Positions 48,301 to 58,152 are shown, counted from the stretch's first letter. The stretch: 64,000 bases of DNA from an uncultured bacterium (GCA_963702025.1 OY969699.1:448001-512000), one strand, 5' to 3'. Numbers and translations are program-made. Notes: a model not told the origin generated them from the letters alone.

Positions 48301-48666
48301 TCCCACACCGGCGCATGGAACGCAAAAGACTCTTTTTTGATCATCTTGGAGAATCATAACCGGTGATTCTGAGTTTAATAATTCATGCAATTCATCAAGA
48401 ACTTCTGAGGACATGCTGATTGGTTGTTGTTCTTCTAGAATTGGAGCCGGCGCCTGTGCTTGCGCGGCTGCTTTGGCTAAAGCCTCTTGTTGTTCTATAT
48501 AGCCCACCAATTGCTCAAGGTTGGTGCCCACCGGCAAATGCTCGGAAATGGGAATTGCTAAAACCGGTTTTGGCTTAGCTTTATTAGATGAAGAGGGCTT
48601 TGCTTGTATCATCGGACAACCGATAATAAGCAAAAGACAATAAAGATTAGACATACGTAACTTCAC
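45394..48666 (-). CDS. Secreted trimeric beta-helical fibre/adhesin with C-terminal peptidase-S74-like intramolecular chaperone
   Basis: Signal peptide; GALVVxGG repeats; dozens of about 14-aa NTAVG..AL..NT.G repeats; SSRRLKKDI..LRPVTFKY..GLIAEEV..VDY..LIKQIQ. Confidence 0.85.
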   Translation of the reverse strand: MKLRMSNLYCLLLIIGCPMIQAKPSSSNKAKPKPVLAIPISEHLPVGTNLEQLVGYIEQQEALAKAAAQAQAPAPILEEQQPISMSSEVLDELHELLNSESPVMILQDDQKRVFCVPCAGVGNANFCNICVTGAANIGGPLSAQTAYICSAAPSTSCTNGALVVNGGAAIGGNLNVCSTAPSTGCGNGALVVNGGASIGSNLNVCSTTQSTGCTNGALVVAGGAGVGGNLNVCGSISASGGISFSGPLIIPSTLPAICSPTGCATGALVVGGGVSIGGFLTVCGTGINTNGDYEITCIRVLDAAGTNLQVGFGSGLVANGSDNTWVGNGAGGSNVSGTDNTAVGYLALNAAGTTASFNVAVGSLAAENTDPGLHNTAVGYSALNANVANSNNTAIGALALATSTADNNTAVGLQALTGNTLGTRNTAVGVNAGAANGTANDNTAVGNFALAASNGGANTAVGSAALAANTSADNTAVGYSALARNTTGFENTAIGMYALLDNSGGSFNTAGGYGALTANTVDSNTAFGYQAAGTNTTGTAITAIGTSALLNNTTGSNNTAVGYTALAANTIGVNNSALGYNALLANTSGANNTAVGSGANAANTTGTDNVAVGVGSLAANTTGIENVAVGLSALGANTGSFNTAVGFQALSAASATSGNTALGYEAGLLNTSGTSLVAVGAFALASNTSGDNNTAVGYSSLALNSSGTYNSAVGVSSLAANTTGDNNIAFGQSALLSNTTGSNNTALGTTALSLNTVGIGSVAVGYAALATSTAGENTAVGAYAASDLTTGTGNVAVGWSALSSETTGTAQTAVGYQALAAANGATANQAFGYQALLKCTTGFNNTAIGDFALNSLTVSPDNVAVGHGALQNFNRLGGAAGQNTVVGSTAGISLTTGTSNILIGYLAGFNLTAGESENIYIGDPGVAGEARTIRIGSTYCTGPCQFPDVSTCVQNACYIAGIGNAQIAHQAAVYIDPATNQLGICYSSRRLKKDIEPMPCQAEKLMELRPVTFKYINDQTEATRCGLIAEEVAPVYPEMICLDSKGEIVTVDYTAFIPVLIKQIQSQEMRLQECEQKMAKVMRVLEKMAR

Positions 48667-48860
48667 AAGAACTCCTTTGATAAAAAGTTATACGATGCTA
48701 AAAATAACATTAGAAATTTTGTAAACAAAAAACAAGGTTTTTTTTACGTGCTATTTTAATAATAAAGGAGGGGGCAGGCGCAAACCCTTTTAAATAAAAG
48801 TTTTATCTTGTTTTTTCTTACTGTAGAAAAATTTAAGTTGAATAAGCAAGAGTTGTAGTT

Positions 48861-49826
48861 TCATTCTCTAACTATTAAAGATTCGCCATCAATGATGAGA
48901 CTAATTTCATCTATGATTGTTGCATTATCCTTAACCGTGCCATGGTGCGGCACTATCTCTATCCTATAATTGCCCAGTTTGGATGCAATAAAAGAAAAAT
49001 TGGAGTGGGTACGGATCAAACAATCAAAGTGTGTTAATGCAAAAAAATCATCCAAAACATAGAGAAAATCATAATTTTTTGTTGTGCGACAATCAAAAAC
49101 CATTCTTTCACACGCAACCGCTTGCCGGTATTTTTCTGCCAGTTGGGCAGGGTTACAATGATCGGTAAAAAGGTGTACATAAATTGCTTGATCTGGGAAC
49201 AGTGTTGATATTCTTTTTAGTTGATTAATATAAAACGAATCGGGTGCGAATAATAATGGATGTGCCGCAGTAAGCTTTTCCGGTGTCGTGCGACTATTGG
49301 GGACGTCCCAACTAGTTCCTTTGCGTACATGAACCGCTACTGTCAAATAGTTTTCGGGTAATTGAGGGAGATTTAATGGGGCTATGGGAGCAATCATTTT
49401 TTGCAAAAGAGATTTAAATGTCGGGTTTGTCCAATCAATGGTAAATAAATAAGGGAATTTTGTATTGCTGAAATCTACCATTGATTCGGGGAAATAAGGA
49501 ATTACATATAAATAACCGGCATAAGGATCAATAATACAATTGGGTGTGTATATAATAACTTTTTCAAACGTTCTTTCTAATTCAAGATCATAGGGAATTT
49601 CCAAAAGATGCATCATGAGTTGCTCGGAATAGCCAAATCGCTTATAAAGCAACGGAATATTATAGATATAAGAAATCCATTTTGCATGACAATAAGCAAG
49701 AAGATTATCTCCAAATCTTCCACCACTAAAAGTATAGGTGACGGCGCTGGGGATCCCGGATGAATCCGACACAAAAAACAGGCAAGTTATAATAATGATA
49801 ATAAATTCTTTTTTGTTACTTTTCAT
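48861..49826 (-). CDS. Glycosyltransferase, GT11 (fucosyltransferase)-like
   Basis: GGRFGDNL, AVHVRKG, FTD, DDFFAL..SNFS motifs; signal peptide. Confidence 0.7.
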   Translation of the reverse strand: MKSNKKEFIIIIITCLFFVSDSSGIPSAVTYTFSGGRFGDNLLAYCHAKWISYIYNIPLLYKRFGYSEQLMMHLLEIPYDLELERTFEKVIIYTPNCIIDPYAGYLYVIPYFPESMVDFSNTKFPYLFTIDWTNPTFKSLLQKMIAPIAPLNLPQLPENYLTVAVHVRKGTSWDVPNSRTTPEKLTAAHPLLFAPDSFYINQLKRISTLFPDQAIYVHLFTDHCNPAQLAEKYRQAVACERMVFDCRTTKNYDFLYVLDDFFALTHFDCLIRTHSNFSFIASKLGNYRIEIVPHHGTVKDNATIIDEISLIIDGESLIVRE

Positions 49827-49934
49827 GAATAATTCTCTTCCTTTTTTTGACTATATTTCGAATATACAGAAAAAAATGATATTGTCATTTTGATTAAGCA
49901 AAAATGAACCAATAAAAAAGGAGTTCGCCAGAAA

Positions 49935-49978
49935 CCGTTCGTGGTGAGTGCTGCGCGAAGCGCAGTGTATCGAACCAT
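49935..49978. repeat. REP-like element
   Basis: CCGTTCGTGGTGAGTGCTGCGCGAAGCGCAGTGTATCGAACCAT. Confidence 0.8.
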
Positions 49979-50012
49979 TTTTTAAAAAGGCGAATAAGTT
50001 GATAGGAGAAGG

Positions 50013-50921
50013 ATGGAAAATGTGAACATGAGGTATCTATTATTCTGTATAATTTTATTTCCCATATCCTGCATATTTCATACGGCAAATGCTCAAATAT
50101 ATGATTGTTTTTTGTTTTACAATGAAATTGAAATACTCACTATTCGTTTAGATGAACTCTATGACCATGTGGATAAATTTGTCTTGATTGAGTTTGATGA
50201 GACGTTTCGCGGCGATCCAAAACCATTATATTATCAAGAAAATAAGCATTTATTTGAGAAGTTTGCCGACAAAATTATCCATGTGATTGTTGAGGGACAT
50301 TTTGAGCCTCAAAGTACGGTGCCGGTGTGGGCAGCAACGGAACGGGAAAATTATCAACGTAACCAAATTGCCAGAGGACTCAAGGATTGTGCCGATAAAG
50401 ATATTATTCTTATTTCTGACGTTGACGAAATTCTTCGCGTAACAACTATTAAGGAAATTAAAAATAATATTGATTTGGTTCCGGCCAACCAATTTAAATA
50501 TATAGTCTGTATGCTTAACTATTATGGTTATTATTTTAATCGCTTTAATGATAAACAAACGCCATGGTTTGGATGCTTAGCGGTGCATTATGAAGATTTA
50601 AAAAAATATTCCCCAACCCATTTTCGCAGAAATCGAAACAGGGCATTTGCTATTAAAAATGCCGGTTGGCATCTTAGTTATATGGGTGGGCATGAACGCG
50701 TTTTGAGTAAATTATCTGCCTTTGCCGATTTTTATCTCGATACACCGGAAAATAGAGATTGGCAAAAAGTGAGGAAAAAAATAGATGCTATGCCACTGGT
50801 GCCAATTGATGAGAGCTTCCCGCGTCTAATTTATGAGAATCAAAAGGAATATATAGAAAAAGGTTTTATAGATGTGCCGATTGCGGTAATGAGCCAAGAA
50901 GGAAAAAGATGGAGAATGTGA
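50013..50921 (+). CDS. GT17-family (MGAT3-like) glycosyltransferase, copy 1
   Basis: IYDCFLFYNE..VDKFV..TFRG..SDVDEI..GWHLS. Confidence 0.85.
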   Translation: MENVNMRYLLFCIILFPISCIFHTANAQIYDCFLFYNEIEILTIRLDELYDHVDKFVLIEFDETFRGDPKPLYYQENKHLFEKFADKIIHVIVEGHFEPQSTVPVWAATERENYQRNQIARGLKDCADKDIILISDVDEILRVTTIKEIKNNIDLVPANQFKYIVCMLNYYGYYFNRFNDKQTPWFGCLAVHYEDLKKYSPTHFRRNRNRAFAIKNAGWHLSYMGGHERVLSKLSAFADFYLDTPENRDWQKVRKKIDAMPLVPIDESFPRLIYENQKEYIEKGFIDVPIAVMSQEGKRWRM

Positions 50922-51775
50922 ACATGAGGCATCTATTATTCTGTATAATTTTTGTGGGGACCATTTCTACTGCTCGAGCCAAAATATACGATTGTTTTTT
51001 GTTTTATAATGAGCTTGAAATACTCAATATCCGATTGCATGAACTCTATGATCATGTAGATAATTTTGTGCTGGTTGAATCGGAGGAAACTTTTCGCGGC
51101 AAGCCCAAACCGCTTTATTATCAAGAAAATAAGCATATGTTTGAAAAGTTTGCCGATAAAATTATACACATAATTGTTAAGGGTCATTATGAGTCTCAGA
51201 ATAAAGCAGCATGGGCGCCATATTGGGAAAGAAATTTTTTTCAGCGTGATCATATCATGAATGGACTTGTCGGTTGTCGGGACGAGGACATCATTATTAT
51301 GTCTGATGTAGATGAAATTTATAGGGCGCAAATGATTAAAGAGATCCAAAATAAAATTGATTCGGTGCCGGCCCATCAATTTAAATGTATTGTTTGTATG
51401 CTTGATTACTATGGCTATTATTTTAATCGCTTTGACGCAAAACAAACTCCCTGGCTTGGTGCATGCGCGGTCCATTATGAAAATTTAAAGAAATATTCTC
51501 CTAGCCACTTTCGTAAAATGAGAAATAGGGCACTCATGATTAATAATGCCGGCTGGCATTTTAGTTATATGGGCGGTTTTGAATATGTGGTCAATAAATT
51601 AGGAGCTATTTGTGCAGCTAATATTGATACGCCGGAAAATAGGGATCGGGAAAATATACAAAAAAAAATTGATGCATTAAAACTGGTGCCTATCGATGAA
51701 AGCTTTCCGCATGTTATTTTTGAAAATCAACAAGAATATATTGATAAGGGGTTTATTGATGTGCCAAAGAGATAA
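50909..51775 (+). CDS. GT17-family glycosyltransferase, copy 2
   Basis: Same motifs. Confidence 0.85.
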   Translation: MENVNMRHLLFCIIFVGTISTARAKIYDCFLFYNELEILNIRLHELYDHVDNFVLVESEETFRGKPKPLYYQENKHMFEKFADKIIHIIVKGHYESQNKAAWAPYWERNFFQRDHIMNGLVGCRDEDIIIMSDVDEIYRAQMIKEIQNKIDSVPAHQFKCIVCMLDYYGYYFNRFDAKQTPWLGACAVHYENLKKYSPSHFRKMRNRALMINNAGWHFSYMGGFEYVVNKLGAICAANIDTPENRDRENIQKKIDALKLVPIDESFPHVIFENQQEYIDKGFIDVPKR

Positions 51776-52664
51776 ATACTTTTTGTTGTTACTATTATTT
51801 TCTTCAGTAGCTTACGCCAAAATATATGATTGTTTCTTGTTCTTTAATGAGTTTGAAATACTCAATATTCGGCTGCATGAACTGTATGATCATGTTGATA
51901 AATTTGTGTTGGTAGAATCCGAAGAGACATTTCGCGGAAATCCTAAGCAACTTTATTATCAAGAGAATAAACATTTATTCGAAAAGTTTGCTGATAAGAT
52001 TATTCATGTGGTAATTGATGGGCATTATGAAACCAAGACCCAGAATGAATATGGGAAGGCGTGGGAACGGGAGTATTTTCAGCGTGATCAAATTATGCGC
52101 GGGCTAACCGAGTGCCAAGACAATGATATTATCATCATATCAGATGTGGATGAAATTTTGCGCGCGGAAACTCTTAGTGAAATTGATCGGCTGATTCATT
52201 TATTCCCTAGCTCTACTGCTCCCTATAATAAATGTGTTGCCTGTCAGCAAACCTATTACAAATATTTTTTTAACCGCTATTGCCCGGAGGCATCGATAGG
52301 GACCACGTATGTAACATATCCAAAGGAAATGCCGTGGATTGGTCCGGTGGCGGTGAGTTATAAAGATTTAAGAACGTCCGCTGGTCCTCAGTACTTTAGA
52401 AGAATTAGGTTTTATAGACCGGTAAAGATTGAAAATGCCGGATGGCATTTTAGTTCTATGGGCGGGCATGAATCGGTGATAGAAAAGCTTGCTGCTTTTT
52501 CTCATTCTGAGCTGGATACTCCGGAGAACCGTGATAAGCAATTGAGAGAAAAAGAAATTGAATTGCTCCCGCTAGTGGAAATTGATCAGACATTTCCCCA
52601 CATTATTTATGAAAATCAACAAGAATATATCAATAAAGGTTTTATCGATATGCCAAAAAACTGA
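51759..52664 (+). CDS. GT17-family glycosyltransferase, copy 3
   Basis: Same motifs; start chosen just before the signal peptide. Confidence 0.85.
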   Translation: MCQRDKYFLLLLLFSSVAYAKIYDCFLFFNEFEILNIRLHELYDHVDKFVLVESEETFRGNPKQLYYQENKHLFEKFADKIIHVVIDGHYETKTQNEYGKAWEREYFQRDQIMRGLTECQDNDIIIISDVDEILRAETLSEIDRLIHLFPSSTAPYNKCVACQQTYYKYFFNRYCPEASIGTTYVTYPKEMPWIGPVAVSYKDLRTSAGPQYFRRIRFYRPVKIENAGWHFSSMGGHESVIEKLAAFSHSELDTPENRDKQLREKEIELLPLVEIDQTFPHIIYENQQEYINKGFIDMPKN

Positions 52665-52720
52665 GTACAAAAAAGATTTTTTACCATCAATTTTCCAGTT
52701 CTATAGAAAAGGAAATTAAA

Positions 52721-53584
52721 ATGTATGGCAAATATCTGCTGCTGTTAATGGTGCCATGTTACGTTCAACCAAAAATCTATGATTGTTTTTTGTTCTTTAA
52801 TGAGTTTGAACTATTAAAAATTCATTTACATGAGCATTACGAGTATGTTGATAAATTTGTACTGGTAGAATCAGAAGAAACCTTTCGCGGCAAGCCCAAA
52901 CCGCTTTATTATCAAGAGAATAAGCATTTATTCGAAAAATTTGCTGATAAAATTATTCATGTGATAATTGAAGACCACTTTGAATCGAATAATAAGAGAG
53001 ACTACTGGAAGGTATGGGAACGAGAATATTTTCAGCGTGATCAAATTATGCGTGGGCTCATCGAGTGCCAAGACAATGATATTATTATCATATCAGATGT
53101 GGATGAAATTTTGCGCGCAGAAACTTTTAGTGAAATTGGTCGGTTGATTCGCTTATTCCCGTGCTCTGCCCCCTATAAATGTGTCGCCTGTCAGCAAATC
53201 TATTACAAATATTTCTTTAATCGCTATTGCTCAAAAGAGATGCCGTGGATCGGTCCGGTTGCGGTGAGTTATAAAGATTTAAGAACGTACGCTGGTCCTC
53301 ATTATTTTAGAAAAATTAGATTTAGTAGACCGGTAAAGATTGAAAATGCCGGATGGCATTTTAGTTCTATGGGCGGGCATGAATCGGTGATAGAAAAGCT
53401 TGCTGCTTTTTCTCATTCTGAGCTGGATACTCCGGAGAACCGTGATAAGCAATTGAGAGAAAAAGAAATTGAATTGCTCCCGCTAGTGGAAATTGACCAG
53501 ACATTTCCTCACATTATTTATGAAAATCAACAATATTATAGTGAAAATGGATATATTGATACCTCCGGTAAAAAAAAGAGATAA
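52721..53584 (+). CDS. GT17-family glycosyltransferase, copy 4
   Basis: Same motifs. Confidence 0.85.
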   Translation: MYGKYLLLLMVPCYVQPKIYDCFLFFNEFELLKIHLHEHYEYVDKFVLVESEETFRGKPKPLYYQENKHLFEKFADKIIHVIIEDHFESNNKRDYWKVWEREYFQRDQIMRGLIECQDNDIIIISDVDEILRAETFSEIGRLIRLFPCSAPYKCVACQQIYYKYFFNRYCSKEMPWIGPVAVSYKDLRTYAGPHYFRKIRFSRPVKIENAGWHFSSMGGHESVIEKLAAFSHSELDTPENRDKQLREKEIELLPLVEIDQTFPHIIYENQQYYSENGYIDTSGKKKR

Positions 53585-53587
53585 AAA

Positions 53588-54484
53588 ATGAATAAATTTA
53601 CACATATCTTATTGTTTTGTATTAAGCTTGTTTATTTTGTGGCGCATGAGGCTGACGCAAAAATTTATGATTGCTTTTTGTTTTATAACGAGATTGAAAT
53701 ACTCAATATTCGGCTGCATGAAATGTATGATCATGTCGACAAATTTGTTTTGGTAGAATCAGAAGAAACATTTCGTGGTAAGCCTAAACCGCTCTATTAT
53801 CAGGAAAATAAGCATCTTTTTGAAAAATTTGCAGATAAAATTATCCACGTGGTTGTTGAAGGACATTTTGAATCGGATAATAAAAGCGACTACTGGAAGG
53901 TGTGGGATCGGGAATATTTTCAACGTAATCAAATTATGAGGGGGTTAACTGATTGCGGGGATGATGATCTTATTATTATCTCAGATGTTGATGAGATTTT
54001 ACGCTCGAGCGCTATTCAAGAAATTTATGATATGATTCATTCCATTCCGGCGCATCTAAATTATAAATGGATTGTATGTGAACAAACCTATTACAAATAT
54101 TTTTTTAATCGGTATTATCCCAAGGAAATGCCCTGGATTGGCACCACTGCTGTTTTTTATAAGGATCTTAAGAACTATGCACCGCCCCAATATTTTAGAA
54201 GAATTAGACGAGGCAATCGGCCCTTTGTTGTAAAAAATGCGGGGTGGCACTTTAGTTATATGGGTGGATATAATAATGTGGTTAACAAATTGGCCGCTTT
54301 TTCTCATCAGGAATGGGATATTCCTGAAAATCGAGAGAGAAACAATATGAGAAAAGAGATAGAATCCTTGCCATTAGTGGTTATAGATGAAAGTTTTCCA
54401 CGTATTATTTATGAGAACAGGCAGGAATATATTGATAAAGGGTTTATTGATGCGATGTCTATGGATCCGGGGTCAGCATCATGA
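53588..54484 (+). CDS. GT17-family glycosyltransferase, copy 5
   Basis: Same motifs. Confidence 0.85.
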   Translation: MNKFTHILLFCIKLVYFVAHEADAKIYDCFLFYNEIEILNIRLHEMYDHVDKFVLVESEETFRGKPKPLYYQENKHLFEKFADKIIHVVVEGHFESDNKSDYWKVWDREYFQRNQIMRGLTDCGDDDLIIISDVDEILRSSAIQEIYDMIHSIPAHLNYKWIVCEQTYYKYFFNRYYPKEMPWIGTTAVFYKDLKNYAPPQYFRRIRRGNRPFVVKNAGWHFSYMGGYNNVVNKLAAFSHQEWDIPENRERNNMRKEIESLPLVVIDESFPRIIYENRQEYIDKGFIDAMSMDPGSAS

Positions 54485-55326
54485 TAAATATGAAAAAAAT
54501 ATTATGTTTCAGTATTTTGGTATTAGCTTGTTTTGAGGTGGATGCAAAAATATACGATTGTTTTTTGTTTTATAACGAGCTTGAAATACTCACGATTCGA
54601 TTACATGAATTATATGATCACGTTGATAAATTTGTGCTGGTGGAAGCGGAAGAAACATTTCGCGGCAAACCAAAGCCGCTCTATTATCAAGAAAATAAAC
54701 ATCTTTTTGAGAGATTCGAAGATAAAATTATTCATGTAATTATTAAAGGCCACTATGAGCTTTCTTCAGGGGGGATGTTTGAGCGAGAGTTTTTTCAACG
54801 GAATCAGATTCTCAATGGGCTCACCGATTGCTCTGATAATGATATTATCATCATTTCGGATGTTGATGAGATTTTGCGTGCCAATGCTATTCGAGAAATT
54901 CAAAACATGATTGCTTCAGTTCCTGAAAAAACGCCAAAATGGATCTCTTGCATGCAAACCTGTTATTCTTACTTTTTTAACCGATACGATTTTCAACATA
55001 CTCCCTGGCGCGGTTCAATGGCCGCCCCTTATGAGGATATAAAAAAATATTCTCCTCAATTTTTCCGCAATATACGAGGAAACAGGCCATTGCTTGTTAA
55101 AAATGCCGGGTGGCATTTGACCTCCATGGGAGGGTTTGAACGGTTTCTTGATAAACTTTCTGCATTTTCCGCGATTTACTGGGATACGCCGGAATATAAT
55201 CAATGGGAAAATTTGAAAAAAAAGATTGAGGCAATGACTTTGGTGCCAATCGATGAAACATTTCCGCGTCTTATTTATGAAAATCAAGCAGAGTATATTG
55301 CAAAAGGGTTTATCGATACGGTATAA
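54481..55326 (+). CDS. GT17-family glycosyltransferase, copy 6
   Basis: Same motifs. Confidence 0.85.
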   Translation: MINMKKILCFSILVLACFEVDAKIYDCFLFYNELEILTIRLHELYDHVDKFVLVEAEETFRGKPKPLYYQENKHLFERFEDKIIHVIIKGHYELSSGGMFEREFFQRNQILNGLTDCSDNDIIIISDVDEILRANAIREIQNMIASVPEKTPKWISCMQTCYSYFFNRYDFQHTPWRGSMAAPYEDIKKYSPQFFRNIRGNRPLLVKNAGWHLTSMGGFERFLDKLSAFSAIYWDTPEYNQWENLKKKIEAMTLVPIDETFPRLIYENQAEYIAKGFIDTV

Positions 55327-55328
55327 AA

Positions 55329-56843
55329 TTACCGTTTCATTTCGGATGGAATAGGAATACTCATCTGCTTTAAAATAAACGGGGCAACATCCGCAAGTCC
55401 GTGTAATTCATGAAGGCTATTTTGCTTGTTGAATGTTTCTTTGCTCACCCAGATAAATGGTACCGGGTTGGTGGTGTGTGCCGTGTGGGGTTGTCCGATT
55501 TTTTCGTCATACTTCAGCTCCGCATTACCATGGTCAGCGGTAATAAAAAGGGTGCCGTCCATTTGGGTAACTATTTGGTAATAGAGCTGTTCCAGCTGAT
55601 TGTCTAGGCATTCCACCGCTTTTATTGTTGCCGGGAGATTACCTGTGTGCCCAACCATGTCGGCATTGGCATAATTTACCAGATAAAAATCACACGGATC
55701 TTTTTTGAGTGAATGAATAAGCGCGTCAGTAATTTTTTGGGCGCACATTTCCGGGTTCTCGCTATATTTTTTGAGCGGCAATGAAGGAATGAGGATTCGC
55801 GTTTCACCGGCAAAAGGTTTTTCTCTGCCATCAGCAAAGAAATAAGTTACATGAGCATATTTTTCTGTTTCGGCAATGGAGAAAATAGTTTTGCCTGCAG
55901 CACTGAGCACTTCTTTGAGAGTATCGGCAACGGGTGTAAGAGCCAATAAAACGGGATTATTAAAGTCTTGTTCATAGCGTATCATGGATATAAAGAATTG
56001 AAGTGAAAGAGGAGCGATAGAGCACGGGGTCATGCTTGGTTTTACAAAGCATGCGGCCAGTTGGCGCGCCCTATCTTCTCTAAAATTGGTAAACACTACT
56101 GCATCATTGTCATTTATGGTGCACCCTGAATGTAAAAGGATAGGAGGTATAAATTCATCGGTTATATTTTCTGAATAATAATGGGCGAGCACTTCCTGCC
56201 ATGAGGCAAACCTTGGCTCTGTTTTATGGGTGAGCATGGTATAGGTGGCGCAAGTTCTTTCCCAATTATGATCCCTGTCTAATGCAAAATACCTGCCGGT
56301 TATTGAGCCAAGGCTAATGTTTTGGTGCATGCGCATATATTCTTGCAACCGGGTCAGATAGCGTGCGGCAGATTTGGGCGCAACATCTCTGCCATCCAAA
56401 ATAGCGTGAATTACCACTTTTTTTATTCGATGGATAATGGCGGCTTGTAGAAGGGCATAGATTATTTCTTCATGGCTTTGCACCCCCGCATCAGAAAGTA
56501 ACCCGATAACATGAAGTGTATTTTGAGTGGTTGCCAGATATGAAAAATGCTCAACAAGCAGCGGATTGGTAAAGAAATCACCTGATGCGATAGCGTTATG
56601 CAAAAGAAGGTAGGCAGAGGGGACAATGCGTCCTGCACCTAAAGTGCAGTGGCCTACTTCTGAATTGCCGATGGCTCCGGGGGGCAGGCCAACTGCACTG
56701 CCGGATGCCTGCAGCAAGGTATGAGGATAATGGGCAAGAAGATAATCGAGGGTCGGTTTTTTTGCCTGCGCAATAGCATTGTATTTTGTTTCGGGGCTGT
56801 AGCCAAAGCCATCAAGTATTACGAGTGCTGTCGGTTGCTTCAT
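55329..56843 (-). CDS. gpmI: 2,3-bisphosphoglycerate-independent phosphoglycerate mutase
   Basis: LVILDGFG, GNSEVGH, DGRD, AETEKYAHVT, DMVGHTG, TADHGNAE; start trimmed to MKQPT. Confidence 0.97.
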   Translation of the reverse strand: MKQPTALVILDGFGYSPETKYNAIAQAKKPTLDYLLAHYPHTLLQASGSAVGLPPGAIGNSEVGHCTLGAGRIVPSAYLLLHNAIASGDFFTNPLLVEHFSYLATTQNTLHVIGLLSDAGVQSHEEIIYALLQAAIIHRIKKVVIHAILDGRDVAPKSAARYLTRLQEYMRMHQNISLGSITGRYFALDRDHNWERTCATYTMLTHKTEPRFASWQEVLAHYYSENITDEFIPPILLHSGCTINDNDAVVFTNFREDRARQLAACFVKPSMTPCSIAPLSLQFFISMIRYEQDFNNPVLLALTPVADTLKEVLSAAGKTIFSIAETEKYAHVTYFFADGREKPFAGETRILIPSLPLKKYSENPEMCAQKITDALIHSLKKDPCDFYLVNYANADMVGHTGNLPATIKAVECLDNQLEQLYYQIVTQMDGTLFITADHGNAELKYDEKIGQPHTAHTTNPVPFIWVSKETFNKQNSLHELHGLADVAPFILKQMSIPIPSEMKR

Positions 56844-57089
56844 GGGTTCCCTTTTTATTTTTAAGCTATAAAGTATTGCTTCTTCTTGTGAAGGGATGAC
56901 TTGCCTTAGCCTGGAGCGACGGCTGGAGATGAGTGGAAGGACGCCTTTAGTCCTGAGTTTAACGAAGGGTTTAGCGACGGCTGGGTTGCTAAGATGATCG
57001 GGAGCTGCTAAAGTGAGAGAATAAAGGTTCAAATTTATTTAATTGTCCATTCGATCTGCATACTGATATCACACCTTGTTACTTCTTAA

Positions 57090-57422
57090 ATGGTGAAATT
57101 GGGTTTTTTTATGAAAATAACTACTTTTGCAATCATTATATTAAGCGTTTTCTTTGGGGAGTCTTGCGCGCAACAGTTAAATGTGACAGATGTCAATTTT
57201 TTTGATGATCTTGAAAAGCAAGCGATGGAAGTACACCTCTTTGAGAACATAGTTCATAAACCGCCTCATCCTGTTATGGTATGGGCGCGCATACTTGGAT
57301 TACCCTTATTAAATGTTTATTTGAACACTACACAAAAAATAAAAGATTCATGGCAGTGGTTCTTTAATCGAATAGTAACCAAAAGACAGATTATTAATCA
57401 TGAAAAAGTTTCCCATTTCTGA
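57090..57422 (+). CDS. Small exported hypothetical protein
   Basis: Signal-like N-terminus; overlaps the rsmE start. Confidence 0.55.
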   Translation: MVKLGFFMKITTFAIIILSVFFGESCAQQLNVTDVNFFDDLEKQAMEVHLFENIVHKPPHPVMVWARILGLPLLNVYLNTTQKIKDSWQWFFNRIVTKRQIINHEKVSHF

Positions 57423-58152
57423 AAAACATCAGTTTGCCTTTTATGTGCCAAATCTTGATTCTTTTCTTCAAGGTGAAAAAAACCATATAGAGTTATTCGA
57501 TCCCGATCTTATTCACCGAATAATTACCGTATTACGCATAGAAAAGGGCCAGACTCTTATCTTATTTGATCAGCAAAATAATTGCGTTGCTCAATTAGCC
57601 GGAAACACTAAAAAGAGCATCACATTTTCTTTACTAAAAAAAAATAAAAATACTATTCTCAGACCCTCAATTACCATGATATTACCCTTGCTTAAAAGAG
57701 AGGCTTTTGAAGCTGCACTTTACTCTTTGGCAGAGCTGGGGATAAATAAAATCCAGCCGGTCATAACACGCAAAAGCCAACAGAATTGGAGCCAAAAAGA
57801 TGCGCAGCGGGCGCATAAAATAGTGGTATCCGCTGCTGAGCAATCCAAAAATTTCTCTTTTCCGGAAATCGTGCCTACGATCCCTTTTAATGAAGCGATA
57901 ACAACCCTTTACGATAACATCGATGCAAAAATATTTTGTGATCCGGCCGGAGAGCCTTTTTCTGAATTCCTTGCAGCTAATAAGCACTCTAACTCAATTA
58001 TTCTGTGCGTAGGCCCTGAAGGGGATCTATCCCTCGATGAAAAACAATTAGTACTAAGACATGCATTTGTCTTTTGTGCATTAACGCCTACAGTGTTGCG
58101 GGCATGCCAAGCAACTGCATTGGCTGCGGGTATTTTGCGAACGATGCTCTAA
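57400..58152 (+). CDS. rsmE: 16S rRNA m3U1498 methyltransferase
   Basis: HRIITVLR, ELGI, AAEQS, VGPEGD, VLRA. Confidence 0.93.
   Translation: MKKFPISEKHQFAFYVPNLDSFLQGEKNHIELFDPDLIHRIITVLRIEKGQTLILFDQQNNCVAQLAGNTKKSITFSLLKKNKNTILRPSITMILPLLKREAFEAALYSLAELGINKIQPVITRKSQQNWSQKDAQRAHKIVVSAAEQSKNFSFPEIVPTIPFNEAITTLYDNIDAKIFCDPAGEPFSEFLAANKHSNSIILCVGPEGDLSLDEKQLVLRHAFVFCALTPTVLRACQATALAAGILRTML

Noticed and set aside
38712..48666. Prophage (CI-like repressor plus tail-fibre-like gene)
   Set aside because: The two genes are separated by core genes; no integrase, terminase, capsid or lysis genes
56844..57032. 63-aa N-terminal extension of GpmI in the ORF track
   Set aside because: Homology starts at MKQPTALVILDG, which has its own RBS; the extension crosses a repeat-like non-coding patch
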